Below are positions 39,815-52,700 of a stretch of DNA of 64,000 nucleotides, piece after piece (the stretch's first letter is position 1; the number at the start of each line of letters is the position of its first letter). The stretch is from Tubulanus polymorphus (taxonomy: Eukaryota > Animalia > Nemertea): assembly GCF_964204645.1 (NCBI RefSeq), contig NC_134026.1, positions 2,875,950 to 2,939,949 on the forward strand. Reading direction: 5' to 3'. Made by a program: the position numbers and the translations under genes. A model generated the notes under the pieces. The model searched no databases and was not told where the DNA came from. It worked only from the letters and a program-made list of their open reading frames with translations.

Positions 39815-42800
39815 CTATCTAGTAAAGAATGCGGCCATCGGATCATCAGTTCGTTTTTGTTTTCGCCTATAAGCCTCCATTTCTTCTTCGGTTGGTTCTT
39901 TAGCTACGAACATGCTGTTGAACGGTCGTTTCCGTTCATCTATAGACAGCAAACGATCAGCTTCTTTAGACTGTTCTTCCAACTCTTTCATTGCCTATAA
40001 CAAACGTAACAACTTACATAACATGACTATCTATACCCAGCGCCCAGTTTCACGAAAAAGTTTAAGCCTAAAACGGTTAAGTTTGAATTGTTGTCCTCAT
40101 TGAAAACATGAAGTAACGAAGGGCAATAACACCCAAAATTTGAGTTCAACTTTTTTTGTGAGACTGGGCCCTGGGTAGTACAACAACGCTATTTCATCCT
40201 TTTTATACCAGATCTTTTTCCTATCTATTTTGAACTTGGCTTCATTTTTCTCAGTTCTAATGATACCCAGCACGAAGACACATCATTCATCAATGACAAG
40301 AATCATTCGTCCCAACACTTAATCATAACAATGTTGTCTTATTATGAATATCATATTTTACCTGTTGTATTTTCTTTTCTTTGATTGCTTCCTCGTCCTC
40401 ACTATCACTACTGCTGCTGCTATCACTGCTACTGCTACTGCTACTTTCTTTCTTTACTTTCTTTTGCTTTCGCTTCATTTGCTGTTTCTTCTTGCGTTTT
40501 TTCTCTCGTTTCTTCTGTCCTTTTGACAAATCTTTCTTCTCTTGGTGAAGCTATAACATTAAGCAGAACACATACAGTTAGTACACGGTCTATCTAGCTA
40601 TTAAACATACCCATCTAATGCCAAAACAACAAGGGCTACAAAGGTTCAGATCACCACTTACCTCGACTAAAGATTTTTCAGGCTCTGGTGGTTCCATTTG
40701 AGATTGTAATAAAGTTGCTGGACACTCATTCTGTAACAAAGAAAATTTAGTATAAACATCCATAACAAATAGCACCTGCACTTACATATAAATACATCAA
40801 AGCTGAAACAGTGGATTATAATGTCAAGTTTACAGGCTATTAAACTATGAACTGTATCAGATATAATTCATACCTCATCTAGCTGTTTTCCAGTTTCACC
40901 AGTACAGTATGATCCTTTCACCGTAGAATGGCAACATTTGAAACCCCACTTGCCATCCTTCCAATATGAACCCCAAACACTCTACAGTCAGAGAAATCAT
41001 CATTATTATCAAATTCGGTTGAAAAAAAACATTACAAAACTAAAACGGAGTAAAGATCCTTTTTTTGTGAAAACTTACGGAGTGATTCCCTATGTAAACA
41101 TCTTCCTCGAAACGTGATTTCACAGTCGCTCGTTCCTGACCTTTCAACACTGCCCCATGACGCGAGTATTCCACATATTCTTCCTATAAATACAGTATGG
41201 TACAAATGCAACTTGATATCGGAACTAAATTGAATGAAGCAAAAGAACAAGTCATTCATCTAAGCTAATAAGAATTTATCTCAATCATTAAGGACAATGA
41301 AATAGATAACTGACAGTGATTTTTTGTTTTTTCTCAAACGTTTGATTTGTACATACCGTTTGAGCCAATAACAACTGTTTGGGGGGTGCCTCTAAATGTT
41401 CTTCACCACCATATTTGTCTAAAATACTCTGTTTATGATCATCTTTAAACTCGTTTTTCTTTTTTTCGTACTCCTTCGTCAGTAATTCCAGTTTTGTAGG
41501 GTCGGCCTGAAGATGAACCTCGGCCCCTTTTTCATATGCCTCCCAAGCAAATGCTGAAAAGGAACAACATGAACGCATTAGGAATCTATTCTAAAATAAA
41601 TTAGTTCAAAGAACATTATTTTCAATTTCATTGAAAAAGGGTCTCGGTATACTTACTTTGCCCAAGCGCGATGTTCCTGGCATCACCAGACATGCGAACA
41701 AAGTTATCGCCAGCATAAGGCAAACTAAACAAAACCAAAGATTTAAGAGAAGTATGTTAACTACGGTATATCAAATTCTCATGAATGTTGAATCTGATTA
41801 ATGATTGTCGATGGTTGTTTCAATTCTTCATGAAATTTCAAATACATTAAACTTACTCTCTGGCATCTTTGCCTTGATTAGCGAATGGATTTTCTCTCAT
41901 CGATCTCGTTTTAGGATCATAATACGCCGAGTTCACATCCAGATTATGCAAATACTATAAAACATAAGCATTCATAAGCGTACAAAGAGATGCCATCTTT
42001 GAAAACTAAAAGTTAGAGTTCACCAGTAAACCACAAGTGAATGTTAATTAATACCTTAGCAGTATCCTCTCTTATACGAAGATTTCGTACAGTAATTCGC
42101 TGCTTACTTTCAAACTTCTGACCGGGCATATCAGCATCTTCTGCGTATTTATCTTCATCTTCATCGTCGCTACCGACCTGCAATTTCTCCTTTATTTCTT
42201 CCTTATCTCCTTCCTCTAATGTTTTTTCGAGTCGATCGGATTTCAGGAGCTTCTTGGCCTGAATAATGAAAAATAATACCGTATATAGCATTAACACTAC
42301 AATTATGAGAGAATGAACTTGAGCTTAAGTCCGATGAATGTTGTTTTAAACTAACACTGATTTTTCAAACAAGCAAACATTGTAGTAGAACCTACCTCTT
42401 CCAATTTTGCGAAATCTTCTATCACTTTTTTGTGAGTTTCAGGATCGTAACCATTCCATCGATCTCTTTTGCTTTCATAGTCAAATTCAAATTTCGGTTG
42501 CACATATTCATCGGGTGCTATGAAATCTCCAGAGTATTTTGCTCCAACCTTACGGGGTCGCTGAATTAGATCGGAAAACATACGTTTAATAGAATTTACC
42601 ATAGATTTATTTGATTAAAGCAAAAGATCGTGTTTAAAATCATTACATTTGAAACTAACCTCCAAACAATCTTTCTTTTTGTGAGTCACTGCACCACAGT
42701 TTGCGCAAGCTCCTTTACGAAATTTAGTAGCAACAGGGCCCTAAAAAATAGTGGAGAAAATGATCACTGGAAAAATGAGATAGACGTTTGAAAAATTAAT

Positions 42801-43319
42801 GAAGCTATTACAATGTACAATAATCCATTCCATCAGTTTTTGAACTCTACATTAGAATGAATGAATATCAAAGTTAAATCCTAATAGACGTACTTCTTTC
42901 ACTCCTTTTTTGTACCAGGTATCCATGTTAATTATAGGTTTTTTGGTCATATCCTGCACTCTCTGATGGCTAAGAGTGGGTTGCATAGCTCCATAGTACC
43001 ACGGGGCTTGCATAATGTACTGCGGAATATGAGGATTGATGTCTCTAAAAAGAAGATATTAGAATTCATTGAAATTCAACAAGCTATGAAGAAGTAAAGC
43101 AATTAACTACAGCGAAATCAGAATTAATTCATCATGCTCAAATACATACTTTCCCTCTTCATCTTTCATGGCAGGAACGCTTCCAGCTTTTCGAGCTTCC
43201 TCCAATTCTTTCATCTTCTTGTAATCTTCCCTCGACTTCTTTTTTTCTCCTTCCTCATCTTCGCCCTCTTTGGCGGTCTTCGCCACCATCGAAGGTGGTA
43301 AGTTCAAAACGAACGACAT
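39815..43319 (-). CDS. SLU7: Pre-mRNA-splicing factor SLU7 (~594 aa, 13 coding exons)
   Basis: Motifs: [19 protein letters not shown]|[16 protein letters not shown], zinc knuckle [20 protein letters not shown]|[38 protein letters not shown]|[43 protein letters not shown], and the C-terminus [10 protein letters not shown]. Exons: 43150-43319, 42894-43044, 42660-42740, 42396-42560, 42055-42258, 41857-41954, 41657-41724, 41357-41553, 41079-41183, 40874-40981, 40662-40730, 40362-40550, 39815-39994. All introns are GT-AG and the frame is conserved (1785 nt). Confidence 0.97.
40034..40177. mobile_element. MITE in the last SLU7 intron
   Basis: ~29-bp imperfect TIRs TACCCAGCGCCCAGTTTCACGAAAAAGTT / AACTTTTTTTGTGAGACTGGGCCCTGGGTA, with TA at both outer ends. 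Confidence 0.7.
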
Positions 43320-44814
43320 TTTTCAACACTCCTTGTTAACACCTGCAAATAACGTAGTAGGCCTAACACTCTTTATTCACTTTTCAAAAAAAATAAACGC
43401 AACCTTTGCAGTTAATACTTGAGAGTTAGTACGGCTACGCTGATATAGTGATTGTTTCTGATCAATTCAAACCGAACCAAGCATCAGCAACAAAAGACAA
43501 CATGAGTTTGTGTTGCAAAAGCAACTTGAGAACAACATTTCCATCCTAATCAACAAGATCTACTTCACAAAAAAGCAGAGTGGCCAAAAGAGTAGTCGCC
43601 AATCTTAATACTATATCTAACTTATCTTTCGTTTAGGTCTAACAGAGATTGCAAAGTAAAAACTAATACAATAAAGTATATTGAATTGATTTTAAAGCCA
43701 GACCTTTGGGTTATTGGTCCAGATTCCTGCGTCTGGACTAAAACGGGAAATAATCATAGTGGCGTGTATTCGATACATCTTTCAAATGGTAATGTAGTTA
43801 CCTTTTTTTGACCGTAATACACTCTCAGTTTTAGATTAAAGGTCGATATTAATACGTATTGTCACCGCGTAAGTTTTCAGGGTATTTCCCAATGACGTCA
43901 TGAGGGCAGGGAATCCTATTTAGAGCCAATTCAATTCAATAAAGATTTATTGCTTCCGAGTTTTAAACAATACATACATTTCTCTAAACGGTGTTTCTTT
44001 CTGTTCTTGTTTATTAAGCATCCGCAAAGCATTTTCATCGTTATATTCTTGAAAGATAAATTGCAATATTGTATCACAACATAATGTTTGGCACAGAACA
44101 AGACCCCGTTTCGACGGTGATGTGGTCAAAGTTTGTTTGAATCGCATGCAGTAAAAATCATCTTTGATCACGCGATAAACTATTATTCTGTAGGCCTCAC
44201 AAACAAAAACATGATTGTATTTGGTAGCTAGATAGAGATCTATTGATATTCCACCCTGAATTACAAAACCTCATTTTCGTCGAGTGACATTATGAGTTTC
44301 CCGGTTTGCTCGGCTACCCGTACTGGCGGGGTAGTCTAGAGAGGCCAATGAAAACCCCGGTTTGCTGAACTACCCCTATTTGCGGGGATGCGGTATGATG
44401 TTTGATCTAGTGGCTAATGGCTGTTTCAAGTGCTTACAACGATGCTTATTACTTCGTGGTACATGGTGGTTTAAAAAAAGATTTCATAATAATACGCTCA
44501 CCGCGTGGGCTTCGTAGAAAGACCACTGCCTGTGGCCTTCCCAAATTTTAATTGTCCTGTCCGATTTGGTTTCGTACAATTGAGAGACTGCCTTTTCCAG
44601 TTAGGACATTTTTGGATCACATAACTCAGGAAATGACTTACGCTTTTGGGCCCATTCGTCGGTTCCACATGTTTCATTTGAGCTATAGACCACAATGGTG
44701 ACACCATGATGGTCAGAAACTGACCAATTGAGATATCCCCGAGTCTGACCACTTGACTTCGAATTTCGGAAATTTTTCAAGTCATGTTTGTTTTCAAACT
44801 ACTGAAGAATCATT

Positions 44815-45041
44815 GCAAATTCATAAACTGACCATCACTGACCACCACTGACAAATTCAAACTCCTTGAATTTGAAAACTATATACCGCGTTATGGTGTC
44901 AAACTAGAAAGGATTCGCCATAAATATTGAGAATTCATAAATTGACCATCACTGACCACCACTGACCAATTCATGCTTCTCGAATATGAGAACGATATAC
45001 ATGTACCACGTTACGGTGTCAAACTAGAAAGGATTCGCCAT
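44815..45041. repeat. Two-copy ~115-120-bp direct repeat, probably an internal part of a non-autonomous DNA transposon
   Basis: ATTCATAAA(C/T)TGACCATCACTGACCACCACTGAC...GGTGTCAAACTAGAAAGGATTCGCCA occurs twice (starting ~44819 and ~44933). The second copy abuts the 76-bp satellite. Confidence 0.7.
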
Positions 45042-45042
45042 C

Positions 45043-46530
45043 AGGACACCCCTGTACATCCTCTATATATTCAGCATCAGGACCACTCTGAATCAGCATC
45101 AGTAATTACTGGGTTCGAACCCGGGACACCCCGGTACATCCTCCATTAAGCATCAGGGCCACTCGTTCAAACCCAGTAATTGCTGATACTGATTCAGAGT
45201 GGTCCTGATGCTGAATAGAGAATGTACAGGGGTGTCCCAGGTTCAAACCCAGTAATTACTGATACTGATTCAGAGTGGTCCTGATGCTGAATGGAGGATG
45301 TACAGGGGTGTCCCGGGTTCGAACCCAGTAATTACTGATGCTGATTTAGAGTGGTCCTGATGCTGAATATATAGAGGTTGTACAGGGGTGTCCTGAATCG
45401 GTTATCAGTAATTACTTTTGTTAAGATATCAACATTTTACCGTACGGTGCTGTCTCTACGCTCATCGTTAGCGGGATTTTTATACACTAACGTTAGTCAA
45501 CTCTGGCAAGCTAAGGTCACGGAGAATAACTGGACAGCACGTCGATTGCCAAAGTTGACTTTAGTTAGTGTATGAAAATCCCGCTAACGATGAACATAGC
45601 ACTGTAGCACTGCACTGCAGCACTGTACGGTCTAGACACCCCTGTACATCCTTTATTCAACATCAGGACAACTCTGAATCAGTATCAGTAATTACTGGGT
45701 TTGAACCTGGGACACCCCTGTACATCCTCTATTCAGCATCAGTACCACTCTGAACCAGTATCATTTATTACTGTGTTCGAACCTGGGACACCCCTGTTCA
45801 TCCTTTATCCATCACGACCACTCTGAATCACAGTAATTGATGGGTTTGAACCAAGGACATCCCTGTACATCCTCTATTCAGCATCAGGACCACTCTGAAT
45901 CAGTATCAGTAATTACTGGGTTCGAACCTGGGACACCCCTGTACATCCTCCATTCAGCATCAGGACCACTCTGAATCAGTATCAGTAATTACTGGGTTTG
46001 AACCTGGGACACCCCTGTACATCCTCTATTCAGCATCAGTACCACTCTGAACCAGTATCATTAATTACTGTGTTCGAACCTGGGACACCCCTGTTCATCC
46101 TTTATCCATCACGACCACTCTGAATCACAGTAATTGATGGGTTTGAACCAAGGACATCCCTGTACATCCTCTATTCAGCATCAGGACCACTCTGAATCAG
46201 TATCAGTAATTACTGGGTTCGAACCTGGGACACCCCTGTACATCCTCCATTCAGCATCAGGACCACTCTGAATCAGCATCAGTAATTACTGGGTTTGAAC
46301 CTGGGACACCCCTGTACATTCTCTATTCAGCATCAGAATCACTCTGAATCAGTATCAGTAATTACTGGGTTTGAACCCGGGACACCCCCGTACATCCTCT
46401 ATTCAGCATCAGAACCACTCTCAATCAGCAGCAGTAATTACTGGATTCGAACCCGGGACACCCCTGTGCATCCTCTATTCAGCATCAGGACCACTCTGAA
46501 CCAGTATCAGTAATTACTGGGTTCGAACCT
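45043..46530. repeat. 76-bp tandem satellite with an inverted block, a 297-bp higher-order repeat and an embedded foldback element
   Basis: Unit GGACACCCCTGTACATCCTCTATTCAGCATCAGGACCACTCTGAATCAGTATCAGTAATTACTGGGTTCGAACCTG, with period 76 (45929, 46005, 46081). Orientation is forward at 45043-45164, reversed at ~45165-45395, and forward for ~12 copies at 45635-46530. Confidence 0.95.
45439..45631. mobile_element. Foldback MITE with ~70-bp imperfect TIRs, inserted in the satellite
   Basis: The left arm ACCGTACGGTGCTG...TCATCGTTAGCGGGATTTTTATACACTAAC...AGTCAACTCTGGCAA (45439-45509) mirrors the right arm (45546-45631). The spacer is ~36 nt. Confidence 0.8.
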
Positions 46531-49500
46531 TAGAGACGATCAGGAGGTCATCGGCTACATTTACCGAGAGCATGAAGAAAATAAAAACAATGATTTTTAC
46601 AAGAGAAACACAAATCTCATGTAATTAATCATGTAATGTTAACACCAAAAGAAGGATACTGGGTGCCCCTTTTACAGGCAAAGTTAACTATTCAGGACTC
46701 TGCTTCTGTATATAAAAATCAAACCGATCATCAGTGGAAATATCAAATTAGCGGGTGGTGAAATATATATGCCGTCACAAAATATTCCCGAAGGGCACTT
46801 AAATTTTAGACCGTACGAACAATGTATTGGGCAATACGGTCTGGATCCGCCCCTGATGGCTATAGTGACAATCAAAAAGATTGCTAATTTCGTAATTACT
46901 CTTCGGCAGCTCAACACTCGCTTCTAACAGGTCTACAAGTGTCAGTGTGCAGTTAAAATTGTAAGCTGTATTGCCAATATTCGATTATCATGTTTTCCGG
47001 ACATTCTCGTCTCCGCACAATGTTGGTGGGAATATTGGTTTGAAAAAAGAGGTGGATTGCAAGATAACAAAAAACGACTGACTGGTGAACTAACAAAGTT
47101 CAGACAGAGTAGCTAAACAGAATTTCAATCATATTTATTCTCATACAACAATTATACAAAATGGCAGGTTTGTGCTCGAGGTATTATAACGTAAGCTCCT
47201 CAAACACGTGGACTGTATTTCAAAAACAGTCCAACCATGGACGTATAAACTATAAACTAGAGTTTATACATCCATAGTCCAACCATAGACTCTAAAACAG
47301 AAACGTCTATGGCCTACAACCATGGACTCTCGAGTCCATGGCTCCCCGCACTAAAACCAGAGATAAACCTGGCCAAATACTCTGGAAAGCGTAGGATTAA
47401 GTAATCAATCTGATTTACATTTTTACATCATTTTATTTTCACATATCATATTATTAACTTTTAGCTTATTTTCTCAAATTTTAATAGTAATTTTAATTCT
47501 TTTTCTATGAATGAAATTGTAATAACTCTAAACCACAAAAGTAACATGTAAAGTATTTCGAAGTTTTAATATACAATACATCTCCACTACTACTGATTTT
47601 ATACAATTTGCATCAATAGGAAAATAACAAAAATACACAAAGAATTAAAAACTTTTATCCATAAAACACAGAAAATTGAACTAGTCTGAAAGTCTAAGAT
47701 TATGAATTTGACAATTCATGAGGTCAATATAACCGACACTTTGTTATATTTCATGAAATATGAACCTATCATGTCAACTTTTCAAATGACATTTGATTAT
47801 CAAGAAAAAGCTCAACTAGATTCGATACGACCTTAATTCAGCGTTTTAAGAACAATTGACATGAACATTTCGTTTTTGATTTTAAACAGTCTTTGATTTA
47901 ATTTTCAATAACATTATTTTAAAAGATAACTAGAGTTTTGCCACCTTTGCCTTGTCTTTCAGAGATTTTCAGACATGATCAAATTGGTTATTTTCTCAAA
48001 TGTTACATTTAATGCAAAGTATTTTGGAGGCATTCTCTTCTATGCATTCAGCAAGATAAATCGAGTATATAAATATTTTTCAACTGCCAATTTGAACACA
48101 GCTAGGTCAATTACTAATAACTTATTGCTTAGATATCTACGATTAAGTTAGATTCAAGAATTTTTTGAGGTGCTTCTCGTGCAGATATTTCAGGACCCAT
48201 ATAGACATTGTTAAGCCATGATTTTAGAGTCCATATATAGCTAGCACAATTTACTGATTAATACTGTTCATATATCCTCATTAATCAAGAGAATGCTCCT
48301 CTATTTTGCTCCTCCATTTTCCATAAGGACCTTAATATAAATAGTATTTTATGAACCACTGAAAAGCACCACAGTGAAAAAGTTGCAATACACGTAACTG
48401 AACAATTGAAAAGTTTTAACGTTTTTTTATGAATGACGAACATGTATGTCGTTTTTCTAATGAGTTATTCAAAAACAGTTCAGAATAAAAACATGAATAC
48501 ATTACACCTACAAATTCCCTCACACTCTGGAGAGCGTAAGGTTAACTAATTAATCTTACTTATTACAAGAAAACTAAAAACATTGCCAAATTTTCCTTGT
48601 CTTTAAGAGATTTCTTCAAACATTATCAACTAGCTTATTTCACAAATGTTACATTTGAAATAAAGCAGGGTCCGATCTATGCACTAGTTCAATTGCCCGG
48701 GACAAGTATGTTTTCATTAGGGCATGTAGGTAATCATTATCGCTCATCCACCGGGCTTGTGTAATTCTATATCTCAAAGCTTTTATCCCACTCGATGCAA
48801 GGGATGATTGTGTCACAATCGGACTGCTCATGTAGGGCACGTTGAGGGGGCAAGCGTTAAACCGATAATCAAAACAAAGCTAGGACGGTGGACCAATTAG
48901 CACTGCATCCACAAGTTATCCTCTATTTTCGACAGGGCCTTAATTAAATCAGTTTTTTATGAACCACTGATAAGCACCACAGTGAAATTGTTGCTATAAA
49001 ACTTAACAACTGAAAAGTTTTAACATGAATGATGAAAATGTACATTGTTTTATTCACACAACAATAATATCTTAATCGAGGAATCATTAAGCAAGTTCCT
49101 AATTTACAAACACGTGAACTGTATTACAATAACAGTCTCTTACATAAAGCGTTAAAACTAGAGATGAAACATACTGATTCACTCCAGAAATCTTGGAGTA
49201 TCAATTGATCATTCTTAATTTCTTTTTCGTATACATTACTTTCACTTGAAAACTAGAATTTTGCCAACTTTGCCCCGACTTAAAGATTTTCAAGCACCTT
49301 GGCATTAAATACTAACTATTCTGACGTTTTTTCTTCCAGTTTCGAAAACATCAACATAATTATACGATCGGTAACTAATCGATAACAAAAATAACTTAAG
49401 TTTATAGCTGTTTTAAATTCTTTCTAAAAAGTAAAATGTATGTACATGATTTTAGATAGTAAGTCTGCCCCGTAAGTCTACCCCAGTATAACAATAAACA

Positions 49501-49779
49501 GTCACAGCAGTGATTGAGCGCAGCTAGTTCTAAGGACGGGTCGATCTTTCATCACAATTATTCAAAGCATTCTATCATATCAGTTATTTTTTTAAGTGTA
49601 TTCGATTTAGTTAAGGTTTATAGTTATTTGTTTTGTTTATTACAATAACTGAGTTGATAGAATGCTAAAAACAACAACAGAAAAGATCTCGGGTTTTCGC
49701 TATACTTAGGGAAGGTTGTTCGATAAATGAGCAAACCTTATTGATAAATATTTGAAAAAATGCCTTTTCATGTAAATAG

Positions 49780-49970
49780 AGTATTAATTTGTTGTTTGTT
49801 TCTATTGTTGCTTATTATTATATCTATTTTTTTTAAATATTATTTATTTATTTATGAACTCGTATTTTGTATTATTTACTACCTATTATTTATAATTTTT
49901 TATTTATTGGTTTTTCTTATTTATTCATGTATTTGTATTTTGTATCATGTATTATTTATACTCCTCTATT
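49780..49970. repeat. T/TTA-rich low-complexity tract
   Basis: Runs of TTATT/TTTA. This accounts for the spurious hydrophobic ORF 49760..50017. Confidence 0.75.
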
Positions 49971-52047
49971 TACAACTGCAGGCATTTTTTCACAGTAAAG
50001 TTCTGGGCCCATTTTAAAAAAGCACTACTAATTCACTGCCGCTTCTTAATAATCATTATACACCCGATTTGAAGCTAAGTGATTATTCACGAGAGCCATC
50101 TCGTGATATGGATCTACCCATTACAATAAAAGAAGTTCAAACAGCTATAAACAATGTTAAAACGTTCAAAATTAGTCCTAGCTATAACTTTAGCTTTACC
50201 TCTCAGATATAAATAATGGTCTCCTTTTAGATAAAGCTTTTGCTTTCAAATACGTAGCATCGAACAGATTGATGGAGGCTCAAAGTTAAAACTCCATGTG
50301 AAAATCGACATATATGATTCATTTCTCAAATTGGTTACACGGGCCTTCGAAAATATCAATGCCATCAAATTAGTACATCTACAATTCTGCAAATACTTAT
50401 TATTTGTACATAGAACGTTATGTTCTATGTTTCCTAACCGTGTGATATCTACAGGGCAAAGCCACTGTATTGACTCTGTTTAACTATGGTAAGCACAATA
50501 AAACTTACAATATCATGTTGAAACTATATCTCAGTTTAGGCGTTAACTCAACAGACCTACGACTCAAAACTAGGCGCTCGACGCGACCATACTCCTAGTG
50601 ACTAACCAACTCGACTTATCTATCAACCTAAGATCGAAGACCAATATCGTGAATTAATGGAGCTTAGCTTTTATTAGACTCTAAGAAGGATATTTCTGTC
50701 ACATTGCAAAACACATGACACATCTTTTTACAAACTCATTATAAAATAGTTTTCTCTATATTGAAATATTCAAACGTAGAGTTCCTTTCTCAGGCCTAAG
50801 GAACCTAATTATCTAACTAATTATCTAACTATTTTCAATATTCGACTCAACAATTATTTTCATACTCCATTCCACGCAATCAGGTAAATTTTTTAAACTA
50901 TGTTACCTATCAGACTGGTCTGAAAAAGGGTGATATTAGTAAAAAAATCAATACTTTACTACAGATGTCTTTGCCGCTGCTAGATCTCAGTGTTCCTGAG
51001 ATAAACCATTGTCTCTGCTGCTCCTGATAAAATGTTTTATAGAAATCAACCACTGATTGTAGAAGATTCCATCGTTGAGTGATTAATCCGTACTGGCTCC
51101 TAAACTTCTCATCTGGGCTTCTGCAGTTTTCATCAGCAAATGGGTCAATGGGTATTTGTCTACTTGTGTCTTCTTCAGGCCATTATTTCCGGGATGTAGT
51201 TTGACTGAAACAAAGTGAAGAAAGCAAAACATTTTAGACAGATTTATCATAACTTACATGTCATTTCAAATTACAAGCCACCGTGTTTTTCACTTAGTTT
51301 ATATAGTAATTTCCAAAATCAGAATTAGGTTCATTGACATCAATTGCCGATTTAAACCCCAATAAATAATTACAGTAGTAGGACTAGTTCATCAATGTTT
51401 AAGCTTGGAGTAATCATTTGAAAAATTTATTACTCCAAGGTGTAAGACTAGTAAAGATAAAAGTTCTAAGATCAGCCATGTGGACAGGTAAATAGATTTC
51501 GATGATAATCACTTATCAAATGATATTCATATGAGGCCTGAAATTTCTATATACCGGTAATTTCCATCTAATGAGTTTGATTCTTCTGTGGGTTGTTCAA
51601 ATCCGTAGATTTCATTCAGATGAGTAGTTGATTTTATGCTGGTCTCTTTCTTATAGTTGAAACTTAGCTGCAATGAGTAAATAAATATATCCTGTAATCA
51701 CGACATTTAGAAATCATCGTAATAACTCCATGTATATCAAGTTACCTTTTATGATTGCTGGTTTCATCATCGACGAGGATCTCCTAAGTCGGTTGGTTTC
51801 TGTGCACTGTTTTCTCTAATTGGCAGATTTTTGATGAGTTGTTGACCTCAAGCTCTCGTTTGACTTTTCGAGTTGGTGTCCCTTACAAACCTACCACACC
51901 TGCTGGGAGCGATACAGCGGTTTTTTTAAAATCGGAAATCGAAGTACAGATATAGTTGCGTGATCGGCGGTCGTTTTTACAGATCTTTTTTTTTAAGTCC
52001 AAGAACATAATTGGTAATTCGGTTCCGGTTCATTCAAACAATCTTTT

Positions 52048-52700
52048 ATTCTGCCTAATTCTGATTTTGGAAATTACTTTATTGTTGAAGATAAATTTAC
52101 AATATTTGGTCTTTTTTTAATGGAACTAGTCCGAAAGTTTACAATGTTTAATAATTTTGTCTAACTTCAATTTTTTTGGTCGTTTTCATCGTTTAAATAG
52201 TCGAAGCACATATTAAGTTACTGATTGGGGTCTACTTTTTTTCTGCCTAATTTAATACATCGAGATTTGGGAAATAACTATATTTTACAATATTTGGTCT
52301 TTTTTTCATGTAACTAGTCCGAAAGTTTACAAGGTTGAATAATTTTATCTATTTTTTTTCTGCCTAATTTAATACATCGAGATTTTGGAAATAACTATAT
52401 TTTACAATATTTGGTCTTTTTTTCATGTAACTAGTCCGAAAGTTTACAAGGTTGAATAATTTTATCTATTTTTTTCTGCCTAATTTGATACATCAAGATT
52501 TGGGAAATAACTATATTTTACAATATTTGGTCTTTTTTTCATGTAACTAGTCCGAAAGTTTACAAGGTTGAATAATTTTGTCTATTTTTTTCTGCCTAAT
52601 TTAATACATCGAGATTTTGGAAATAACTATATTTTACAATATTTGGTCTTTTTTTCATGTAACTAGTCCGAAAGTTTACAAGGTGGGAGAATTTTGTCTA
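52048..52700. repeat. ~117-bp AT-rich tandem repeat (4 near-identical copies plus one diverged copy)
   Basis: The TAGTCCGAAAGTTTACAA anchor recurs at 52315, 52432, 52548 and 52664, with a diverged copy near 52127. The array is flanked by a shared segment (GAAATCGAAGTACA...TTCCGGTTCATTCAAAC) at ~51936-52040 and ~52780-52828. Confidence 0.9.

Noticed and set aside
40245-40312. Intronic C/D-box snoRNA in SLU7
   Set aside because: The TGATGA and CTGA boxes are too close together (~40 nt) and no terminal stem is seen.
40344-40597. Plus-strand ORFs rich in Cys/Tyr or Thr/Ala
   Set aside because: They are antisense to the Lys/Ser-rich SLU7 exon 12.
45635-46530. CRISPR array or tRNA gene cluster
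   Set aside because: The units are head-to-tail with no unique spacers, there are no cas genes, and the context is eukaryotic. No convincing cloverleaf or acceptor stem is present.
49760-50017. Hydrophobic 85-aa ORF as a membrane protein
   Set aside because: It arises from a T-rich low-complexity tract.
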